This document shows positions 51,968 through 61,900 of a stretch of DNA of 64,000 nt, piece after piece. Position 1 is the stretch's first letter; every line of letters begins with the position of its first letter. The DNA is from Gammaproteobacteria bacterium (GTDB lineage: Bacteria; Pseudomonadota; Gammaproteobacteria; CAKMZV01): NCBI GenBank assembly GCA_965277775.1, contig OZ255843.1, forward strand, positions 455,451 to 519,450, read 5' to 3'. A program made the translations under genes and the position numbers. The notes beneath the pieces are model-generated. The model had not been told where the DNA came from, did not search any database, and saw nothing but the letters and a program-made list of their open reading frames with translations.

Positions 51968-52291
51968 ATGGGCAGAATACTGGTACTGTTTGACCTACCG
52001 GTTAATACAGCGAAAGAGCGTAAAATTGCGTCAAAATTCCGAAAGGACATGCTTAACGATGGCTACATCATGCTCCAGTTCTCAGTCTATATGAGAACTT
52101 TTGTCTCGTGGGAGCGCATGAAAAAGCACGCCAAACGCCTCGCCCTTATGGCCCCCAATGGAGGCAACATAAGGATTTTTTTCATTACCGAAAAACAATG
52201 GCTTAAGTCCATAAGCATTGACGACATGGCGTATAAGCAAAAAAAGCAAATACGAACCCCACATCAATTGGATCTATTTACCATCTGGTAA
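51968..52291 (+). CDS. cas2: CRISPR-associated endoribonuclease Cas2
   Basis: MGRILVLFDLP...GYIMLQFSVYMR; ATG 51968 is 2 nt after cas1 stop; frame is open from 51944. Confidence 0.85.
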   Translation: MGRILVLFDLPVNTAKERKIASKFRKDMLNDGYIMLQFSVYMRTFVSWERMKKHAKRLALMAPNGGNIRIFFITEKQWLKSISIDDMAYKQKKQIRTPHQLDLFTIW

Positions 52292-52412
52292 CGAAGAGCA
52301 GTGCTTAGTAAGTTGTCGAATTAGTTAAGATCCCCATCTGCATATAGCTACGATCAACTTATTAGGGTGCTCAGAATTTGTTTAAATTATATATCCTATT
52401 AATTTTTTATGT
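52292..52412. promoter_or_regulatory. AT-rich cas2-array junction (possible leader)
   Basis: 121 bp AT-rich non-coding segment directly abutting first repeat. Confidence 0.35.
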
Positions 52413-55400
52413 ATTATACTCTGCTGGAAAAACGGGGGGGATCAAAACGGAAAACATTGCTACAAATGCAATTTCCGCATTATACTCTGCTGGAAAAACG
52501 GGGGGGATCAAAACATTTGGAATGAGTGGTTTAGAGATCAGAAATTATACTCTGCTGGAAAAACGGGGGGGATCAAAACCTAACTGACACCTTTTGTAAA
52601 ATGGTGGCAATTATACTCTGCTGGAAAAACGGGGGGGATCAAAACCCTACACCCGTGGGAAAAATCGATAAACTGATTATACTCTGCTGGAAAAACGGGG
52701 GGGATCAAAACCAGCGGGAAATGTCCAACACAGCTTTACAAATTATACTCTGCTGGAAAAACGGGGGGGATCAAAACTGCATTTTCGGTTATGATTTTCC
52801 AGACAAAATTATACTCTGCTGGAAAAACGGGGGGGATCAAAACCCGAATACCACCCTTGACCCGTGGCATTACATTATACTCTGCTGGAAAAACGGGGGG
52901 GATCAAAACGAACCACACAAGACAGCGGTTTAATGTGGCATTATACTCTGCTGGAAAAACGGGGGGGATCAAAACGTTTGGGGTGATCGAAAACGATCAC
53001 AATTAATTATACTCTGCTGGAAAAACGGGGGGGATCAAAACTGCTCGCTTAAATGAGCGAAGGTTGGCCAATTATACTCTGCTGGAAAAACGGGGGGGAT
53101 CAAAACAAACTGGTCAAAATATACAGTAAGTATGACATTATACTCTGCTGGAAAAACGGGGGGGATCAAAACCAGCGCGCGATCATGAGGCAGCTGGGCT
53201 CAATTATACTCTGCTGGAAAAACGGGGGGGATCAAAACGTCGTACTTGCTATATATTTTGACAAGTTTATTATACTCTGCTGGAAAAACGGGGGGGATCA
53301 AAACCAGACTGACACCTTTTGTAAAATGGTGGCAATTATACTCTGCTGGAAAAACGGGGGGGATCAAAACTACCGTTTGGTCTGGGATAATTTTGAGAAA
53401 TTATACTCTGCTGGAAAAACGGGGGGGATCAAAACAATTCAGAGAGGCGGTCGCCATGCAGCATTATTATACTCTGCTGGAAAAACGGGGGGGATCAAAA
53501 CTGGCATTACTCTATTAATTTCCCTTCTTTAATTATACTCTGCTGGAAAAACGGGGGGGATCAAAACTGGCCTACTCGGCTCAATGGGCGACGCGGAATT
53601 ATACTCTGCTGGAAAAACGGGGGGGATCAAAACCGAACCGTGCTATCAAACTCACCAGCCTTAATTATACTCTGCTGGAAAAACGGGGGGGATCAAAACC
53701 CGATCGACCAACTTGTTAATGTTGACTTATTATACTCTGCTGGAAAAACGGGGGGGATCAAAACCCAAACACGACCCTTGACCCTTGGCATTATATTATA
53801 CTCTGCTGGAAAAACGGGGGGGATCAAAACAGGTAAGGCCTCTTCAACAAAGACTGGCAATTATACTCTGCTGGAAAAACGGGGGGGATCAAAACAAATC
53901 CTTCGATTTTTCGTGGACAGTCAATATTATACTCTGCTGGAAAAACGGGGGGGATCAAAACTCGGTTCGCGCTTCAGCATATAAGTCAGCGATTATACTC
54001 TGCTGGAAAAACGGGGGGGATCAAAACCAGAGAGCTAATCCCCATTCAAGAAGCGATATTATACTCTGCTGGAAAAACGGGGGGGATCAAAACTACAAAG
54101 GAGAACAAAAGGTTACTCATCCGATTATACTCTGCTGGAAAAACGGGGGGGATCAAAACTAGCTCAGCGATTGGGAAAAGGGCATCATATTATACTCTGC
54201 TGGAAAAACGGGGGGGATCAAAACCTTCGAGTGTGGTTCTTTGGACTGCTTGTTATTATACTCTGCTGGAAAAACGGGGGGGATCAAAACATCAACAGTT
54301 ATTGTAAGTTCCTTTGAAGCATTATACTCTGCTGGAAAAACGGGGGGGATCAAAACCGAACTGTGATCAGCTCTGCCACGTTCAGATTATACTCTGCTGG
54401 AAAAACGGGGGGGATCAAAACTTCGTATGCATTTAATTACATTTCACCTAGATTATACTCTGCTGGAAAAACGGGGGGGATCAAAACATACGTGAATATA
54501 TGCCGATCTTTGAACTCATTATACTCTGCTGGAAAAACGGGGGGGATCAAAACAGATTTCGAGATTTCCTTCGATATTTGCAAATTATACTCTGCTGGAA
54601 AAACGGGGGGGATCAAAACAACCTGCAGACCATTAAAGACGAACCCCGCATTATACTCTGCTGGAAAAACGGGGGGGATCAAAACTTAAAATGGAACTGC
54701 ATATCCATTATGAGTATTATACTCTGCTGGAAAAACGGGGGGGATCAAAACGATAATAGGATTGACATTGATAGCTACTTGATTATACTCTGCTGGAAAA
54801 ACGGGGGGATCAAAACAGATACTGGACTTTTAGTTCCAGTCTTTGTATTATACTCTGCTGGAAAAACGGGGGGGATCAAAACATGGGTCAAACCTAAAAC
54901 CAACTGAACCAATTATACTCTGCTGGAAAAACGGGGGGGATCAAAACACCAGCACGCTGCTGGATTAGCTGGCATTGATTATACTCTGCTGGAAAAACGG
55001 GGGGGATCAAAACTGCGGGTTGATCTGGGTAAATACTTTCAATATTATACTCTGCTGGAAAAACGGGGGGGATCAAAACCCCCAAACCAGCTCCACTGAT
55101 TCCACGACTATTATACTCTGCTGGAAAAACGGGGGGGATCAAAACCCTATGACAAGTCTTGATAAATTTATTGAAATTATACTCTGCTGGAAAAACGGGG
55201 GGGATCAAAACGGACATTTAAAATTTATAATAAAAACGAAGATTATACTCTGCTGGAAAAACGGGGGGGATCAAAACAGATACTGGACTTTTAGTTCCAG
55301 TCTTTGTATTATACTCTGCTGGAAAAACGGGGGGGATCAAAACCGGCGAACCGCCCGATTATGTTAAAGCTTTATTATACTCTGCTGGAAAAACGGGGGG

Positions 55401-57111
55401 GATCAAAACCCCCAAACGAGTTCTACCGATTCGACGACTATTATACTCTGCTGGAAAAACGGGGGGGATCAAAACTATACACCTCCAGCAACAAAAACAA
55501 CCCTTATTATACTCTGCTGGAAAAACGGGGGGGATCAAAACCTTATTGAGCTCGGGATATTCCCAGATCCAATTATACTCTGCTGGAAAAACGGGGGGGA
55601 TCAAAACTGCGGTTTGATCCTTGACACGGCTGGTCACATTATACTCTGCTGGAAAAACGGGGGGGATCAAAACCATTGCTTTTGCGCTGAATTCCATCGG
55701 GCAATTATACTCTGCTGGAAAAACGGGGGGGATCAAAACTGCGGGCAGTATTTGCTATTTGGTGAGCGTATTATACTCTGCTGGAAAAACGGGGGGGATC
55801 AAAACCAGCACGCACACCATAATTGCATTACACACATTATACTCTGCTGGAAAAACGGGGGGGATCAAAACTATCGCTTGGTGTGGGACAATTTCGAGAA
55901 ATTATACTCTGCTGGAAAAACGGGGGGGATCAAAACGTATCTGTATCAGCACTATTTTTTATAAGATTATACTCTGCTGGAAAAACGGGGGGGATCAAAA
56001 CCATTGAGATGAGCGTAGCTGAATGGTCGAGATTATACTCTGCTGGAAAAACGGGGGGGATCAAAACTGATGATGAAGTTGCAAGACGTGCACGCGCATT
56101 ATACTCTGCTGGAAAAACGGGAGGGATCAAAACCGACGATGTCTCGTCGCCCAGGTATAGCGGATTATACTCTGCTGGAAAAACGGGGGGGATCAAAACC
56201 TGGCGATGTGTACCCCACCGATTACATTAATTATACTCTGCTGGAAAAACGGGGGGGATCAAAACTCGTACAATGGGCTTGAATATCCAACAGACATTAT
56301 ACTCTGCTGGAAAAACGGGGGGGATCAAAACGGATTGATCGGTGTCGATAAACGGGCGAAAATTATACTCTGCTGGAAAAACGGGGGGGATCAAAACCGG
56401 CCATACAGAATGAAAAAAACAAAAAGTATTATACTCTGCTGGAAAAACGGGGGGGATTATACTCTGCTGGAAAAACGGGGGGGATCAAAACGTATTACCA
56501 CCTAACGAAGCCCACTTGGATATTATACTCTGCTGGAAAAACGGGGGGGATCAAAACTGAATAAACAGACATAGTAACTCCTAATTAATTATACTCTGCT
56601 GGAAAAACGGGGGGGATCAAAACTAGGAGGTGCAAGAATGATAATGTCGTTGAATTATACTCTGCTGGAAAAACGGGGGGGATCAAAACTAGGAGGTGCA
56701 AGAATGATAATGTCGTTGAATTATACTCTGCTGGAAAAACGGGGGGGATCAAAACCTAATTCTTTGATTATGTATTTCCCTTCTATTATACTCTGCTGGA
56801 AAAACGGGGGGGATCAAAACGATGAAGGCGTTCTGATGAACAGTCACAGAATTATACTCTGCTGGAAAAACGGGGGGGATCAAAACTTATAATTTCTATT
56901 TCGTCGTCAACGTCCATTATACTCTGCTGGAAAAACGGGGGGGATCAAAACGAAACATTGCATTCTGACTTCGTTGGCTTTATTATACTCTGCTGGAAAA
57001 ACGGGGGGGATCAAAACTAAAACCCCGGTCAAAGACTGATCGGGGGGATTATACTCTGCTGGAAAAACGGGGGGGATTATACTCTGCTGGAAAAACGGGG
57101 GGGATCAAAAC
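52413..57111 (-). CRISPR. CRISPR array, ~71 x 36-bp repeat, spacers 29-31 bp; plus-strand repeat ATTATACTCTGCTGGAAAAACGGGGGGGATCAAAAC; canonical type II orientation is minus strand GTTTTGATCCCCCCCGTTTTTCCAGCAGAGTATAAT
   Basis: directly visible 66-bp periodicity over 4.7 kb; first repeat 52413-52448, last full repeat ends 57111; orientation inferred from GTTTTG...AAT form and the TATAAT at the repeat end. Confidence 0.97.
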
Positions 57112-57114
57112 TCC

Positions 57115-57303
57115 TTGGAGCAAACAGAACAAATTGAAGGGCATGAGGTCAAAGATTTTAGTGTGAGTGAAACGATGAAATATGATCATCTACCACAGAT
57201 TGATGTCGCCCACAAATGGGGGTTTGACGTTAGATTTTCGTTCATAGACAAACCTGATGTTCTTGGGAAGCTGTATCCTACTGATAAAAAAATATTTAAC
57301 TAA
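57115..57303 (+). CDS. hypothetical small protein
   Basis: 62-aa ORF immediately after array; coding status uncertain. Confidence 0.3.
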   Translation: MEQTEQIEGHEVKDFSVSETMKYDHLPQIDVAHKWGFDVRFSFIDKPDVLGKLYPTDKKIFN

Positions 57304-57364
57304 TGAATAAGGCAGTGCATTTTTTCACGAATTAGTTCACTATGCGGATCATCTTTGTGGTAGC

Positions 57365-57619
57365 ATGCTTCTTAAAACGCCGAGCGAAAGTGAGATTGTT
57401 GCTGAATTTGGCGCAGCGGTCTTGAAAAGAATGCATATGGATAGCACTGATGAATACCTTAAAGAAAGTATCCATTATGTCGAATATCATGCAAGAAAAA
57501 CTGGGAAGGGTGCATATGAGGCCGCAACAGACCTTATACAGCGATCATTGTCTGCAATTGAATTGATTGACCAAACGGCTCAGGAAATTAAAAACAAGAC
57601 AAAGTCTTCTAAAGAATAG
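57365..57619 (+). CDS. hypothetical small protein
   Basis: 84-aa ORF, plausible composition. Confidence 0.35.
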   Translation: MLLKTPSESEIVAEFGAAVLKRMHMDSTDEYLKESIHYVEYHARKTGKGAYEAATDLIQRSLSAIELIDQTAQEIKNKTKSSKE

Positions 57620-57654
57620 TACTCAGAATAACCATATTTAACAGGTCCATTATT

Positions 57655-58866
57655 ATGAGAAATTCAATTTTAGGTTTAATCGCTATATCAATTGCTATGA
57701 TGTTAAGTGGTTGCGGTTCTGCAAAAGATGATCCAATAATTCCAATCAGCACAAACACTCGTACCATTCAGACACAACAGGTTAATGAGGTCCGCAATGC
57801 AATGACAAATGTCGATGCAAGTCTGGTTGCATACCAGCGCGCAACCTCCGCATCAGATATACAGGCTCAAACAAACGCTTTAACACTAATGGCATCCAGC
57901 TTAGAGCAGCTCACAACAGCCGTGCGAGTAGCTCAACCATATTTAGATTACTCGTTATACAGAGCAGTTGCTGACCAGATGGGGAGGATCGATCAAGCGG
58001 GCATGCAAAACGTTCAGGTTATGGCTCAAATGGCGCAGGTAGAAATTATTACGGCAGTTGGTTTTTTAAGAACAAGCCGCGCACAGCTTCAAAGCACAAC
58101 AGATAGACTAAGTGTGCTCGATCGATCGATGGCTGCAACAAATGCTAGGTTAAACGTTATTGAGTCCGGCACAACCACATCAGTCGATAAAGTCAGGCTT
58201 TTAGTCCTTGCAGAAGTTGCCCGCTTAACAAGCTCTGATACAGCCATTCAGAACAGGATAACCACAGTGACCAACTCGCTCACAACGGCTATCGCTGATA
58301 ACACAAGGCTGATTGCTCAAAACTCATCGAACACCGCCGCCCAGTTGTTGAGCATAAATTCATCATTAACAAACATCATTGATCAAAACAATGCGCAAGG
58401 GCTCATAAATACATCAACAACCAGAGCGATTGAGGCAATGAGGGCAGTTATTGGTGAGCAGATAAGCCAAGAGGTGGCGAAACTACAAGCAAATATAAAT
58501 GCTAACCACAGCACATTAACAGCGCGAATTGATTTGTTGCAACAAGCAGTTGACGTGCTCCAAACAACAACAGTCATATCAATTGTCAGCAGTCTAAACG
58601 CCCATGTCATTACCCAAGGTGTTGTAAATAGCTCTTTAAGCTCATCAATCTTGAGCTTACAAACATCATTAACGAACTACATCGCATCATCAATTTTGTC
58701 ATTGTCTAACTCTTTATCAGCCACATCATCAACAGTCAATGCCCGGATTGATCAACTGCATTCAATTGTGGGGGCATTGCGAAATGAAGACTACCAGCTA
58801 GCTGTGCTAATAAGCAGTTTAACCAGTCGGGTGACTAGTAACTCAACCACCACCCAATCCAGATAA
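57655..58866 (+). CDS. lipoprotein with long alpha-helical Ser/Thr/Asn/Gln-rich repeat region
   Basis: lipobox MMLSGCGS; the C-terminal ~220 aa is ~90% identical to the N-terminus of the next ORF. Confidence 0.6.
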   Translation: MRNSILGLIAISIAMMLSGCGSAKDDPIIPISTNTRTIQTQQVNEVRNAMTNVDASLVAYQRATSASDIQAQTNALTLMASSLEQLTTAVRVAQPYLDYSLYRAVADQMGRIDQAGMQNVQVMAQMAQVEIITAVGFLRTSRAQLQSTTDRLSVLDRSMAATNARLNVIESGTTTSVDKVRLLVLAEVARLTSSDTAIQNRITTVTNSLTTAIADNTRLIAQNSSNTAAQLLSINSSLTNIIDQNNAQGLINTSTTRAIEAMRAVIGEQISQEVAKLQANINANHSTLTARIDLLQQAVDVLQTTTVISIVSSLNAHVITQGVVNSSLSSSILSLQTSLTNYIASSILSLSNSLSATSSTVNARIDQLHSIVGALRNEDYQLAVLISSLTSRVTSNSTTTQSR

Positions 58867-58907
58867 GCCTCATCCAAGCAGAGCTGCTCAATCTTAATGC
58901 TCATAGA

Positions 58908-61900
58908 TTGTCTATTCTTGCACAAGTTGCACGGCTCTCAAGTACTGATGCGGCCATTCAGAGTAGGATAACGACAGTAACCAACACGCTTATAACGGCT
59001 ATCGCAGACAACATACGACTAATTGCTCAAAACTCATCGAGCACTGCTGCCCAGTTGTTGAGCATAAACTCCTCATTGACAAGCATCATTGCCCAAAACA
59101 ATGCGCAAGGGCTCATCAACTCATCCACCACCAGAGCGATTGAAGCAATGAGAATGGCCATTAGCGCTCAGATCACCCAAGAAGTGGCCAAATTACAAAC
59201 AAATATAAACGCCAATCACAGCACATTAACAGCAAGAATTGATTTGTTGCAGCAAGCAATAGACGTTCTCCAAACAACCACTGTCATATCAATTATCAAC
59301 AGCTTGAACGCGCACGTCATCACACAAGGGGTTGTGAACAGCTCACTAACCGCCTCAATATTGAGCTTACAGGCCTCCTTAACCAACTACATTACTTCAT
59401 CGATTTTATCGCTGTCAACCTCTTTAACAGTGACCTCCTCAACTATAAATGCTCGGATCGACCAACTCAACTGGGTTATTGGCGGGCTGGTCAGCGAGGA
59501 TGCAAGGTTAGCTCTGGTTATTGCTGGATTGACCAGCTCTATCACCTCCAGTTTGAACAACTCATCGAACCAAATTTCCATACTTCAGGCACAGGTCGCA
59601 CAGCTTACGGCTAGTGTAAGCGCACTACAAGCACTCCATAGAACACCGGACGTTCCAATTGGGACGCCCACTAATGTTGCTGGTAAAGCGGTAGACGGAT
59701 TAGTCATAGGCGGAACAGTAAGGGTTTACACCATCAATGAAAGCGACTACTCACCAAACATTCTTATTGGCTCGACGAAAACAGATTCAAACGGGGCGTT
59801 CAGTGTCACTCTTTACGGGCTTACCGCAACACAAATATTACTTTATGAAGTTTCTGGCGGCTATTACATTGAAGAGTGGACACAACAACGATTTGATCTT
59901 CGAACAGGTGATAAACTGTATGCAATTGATAGGGTTGAGACGACATCAGGCACGGCCAATGTTTCAATAACCATCTCAGGCTTTACAAATCTAACATATG
60001 CACTGGCGCTTTATCGTAAAAACCACACATACATTGACTCGTCACTAAGAATTAGACCAACAATTTCGCAGGCAAGGGATTATGCGACACCGATTGTGAA
60101 TTTAGTATTAGGCGGAGTGAATGCTGAAAAAACTGTTTTCAAAGACATCACATCATCTGACTACGCTGTTTCCAAGCCACAATTTGCTTCTGACGTTGAT
60201 TCATTTTGGTACTCATTTTATGTTTCGGGCGTTTCAGGTTTAATGGCTAGTGAAAGCGTGAAGCAAGGCGCTAATTTTTATTCAATTGATTTTTGGAAGG
60301 CGCTTTATGATGACGTTTTAACTGACGGTGTTATTGACGGGAAAGGCATCAATTTAAAGCAGATAGGGATAGGTATTCGTCCGCTTGAGCCTGATATGCT
60401 CAGAACAGAGGCTATGCGCTTTGCGAATCAATTCAAAACATCTAAACTACAACACATCCGATTTGACACAAACGGGCATTCAAGTTTTGAACAAAAAATG
60501 AACATTGTGCATAGCTCGACCGATCCTATATTCGGCAAAATAAGCGCCAGCCCACTTGATGGTGACCCACCCATAATAAAAGCCAACCCGATTGCAGGCG
60601 CTATTACAACCAACCATGTGGTGGTTACTATAAGCGACGCATCATCAATAACAAGTATGATCTACTCCCTACTTGATAGCAATAACACCGAACTCAGTAG
60701 GACGGTTTATGATCTGCTCAATCATTCTGGCGGTAATGCATACAAGTTAAGCGTTGATCTTAACCAAACTTCAGGAATATACAAAATGGTTATAACTGCC
60801 TCCGATGGCCATTTGTTAAGCCGTTCAACAGTAACATTCTCCATTGTCAATGACGCGCCAAAACTTTCAATAACATCATCCACCCGAACCACAACCGGGA
60901 CGATAACAATACACGGCTCTTATTCTCTCCCATACCCTCAATTTACGGACATACAAAGCATCTCTATAAGCGATACGGTCAATGGTATGGGGACAAAGCA
61001 GGCAATAATTAATACAGGAACAAAAACATTCACAAGCTCCTTTTCTGCAAACTCCTCTGGCCTGTACACGATTGACATTAAAGTTTGCGATACTATTGGC
61101 AACTGTCACACATATGTCATCAAAAGATCCGTTGATAAAGACAGCCCGCGCATTTTTTCATCGGCCTTCGGTCAAGGTGCAGGACTAAAACAATGGTACA
61201 TATCGCCCTCTCTTGGTTACCAGGCATTTTGGGGGCGGATAAATCCTTATTTCGTTGAGCGAACCGTTAGCCAGCTAAAAATATCAGGCGCTTACGATAG
61301 AATAAGCAGTCATTTGTTTTCAAACGGCAATTATAAACTTGGTGCTACAATAATTACTGAGCGCGAATTAGACCAAGCGAACATTAACTATTATGCCTTT
61401 AACGCTGATGACACAGGACTACCAGCATCAACTCCGCTTGACGATTTAGTTATTAAATTAAAATATAGCACGGCAAGCTATAACGCACACTATTACAAAT
61501 CGGGTCCATCCTCTTACACCTCTATCCCACCCACATCCAAAACAATAACCATTGTTAAAGAAACGACGATGAGCGCGCGCACATTTGCAACAGCTCTTGG
61601 CACAAAATCAAAAAGGGTGATAATACCTCTAACAACTGAGTTCTGGGGCAATAGCCTTATCAAAGAGAACTTGTTTACAACCCACATTTTTGAAATAAGC
61701 GTGTGTGATAAGGCGGGACTGTGCACAACCAAAACATTTGGCCTTTTACTGGCTATTGAATCGCCCACACAGAAGTCATTGAACGGATCACTAACTACTT
61801 TGCAAAAAGATTTAAATTTTTTGCAAGGAGTTACACCTCTTGTGAATAGAAAACGCCAAATGGGTGGTGAAAAACAGTTTTACAAATATTCAGTTAAGAA

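Noticed and set aside
52378-57111. Dozens of 60-160 aa ORFs on both strands with repeating peptides (IILCWKNGGDQN, LYSAGKTGGIKT, YTLLEKRGGSK, IPPVFPAEYN)
   Set aside because: They are translations of the 36-bp CRISPR repeat in different frames and strands, not genes.
57205-57235. CCACAAATGGGGGTTTGACG downstream of the array as a degenerate repeat or anti-repeat
   Set aside because: It matches the GGGGG and A-run only, and pairing with the crRNA repeat would be under 10 bp. It also lies inside a plausible small ORF.
57655-59590. Possible diversity-generating retroelement (template/variable repeat) explaining the duplicated 650-bp segment
   Set aside because: The differences between the copies involve all four bases rather than A-specific mutagenesis. 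The repeat is far longer than a DGR VR/TR, and no reverse transcriptase is present nearby.
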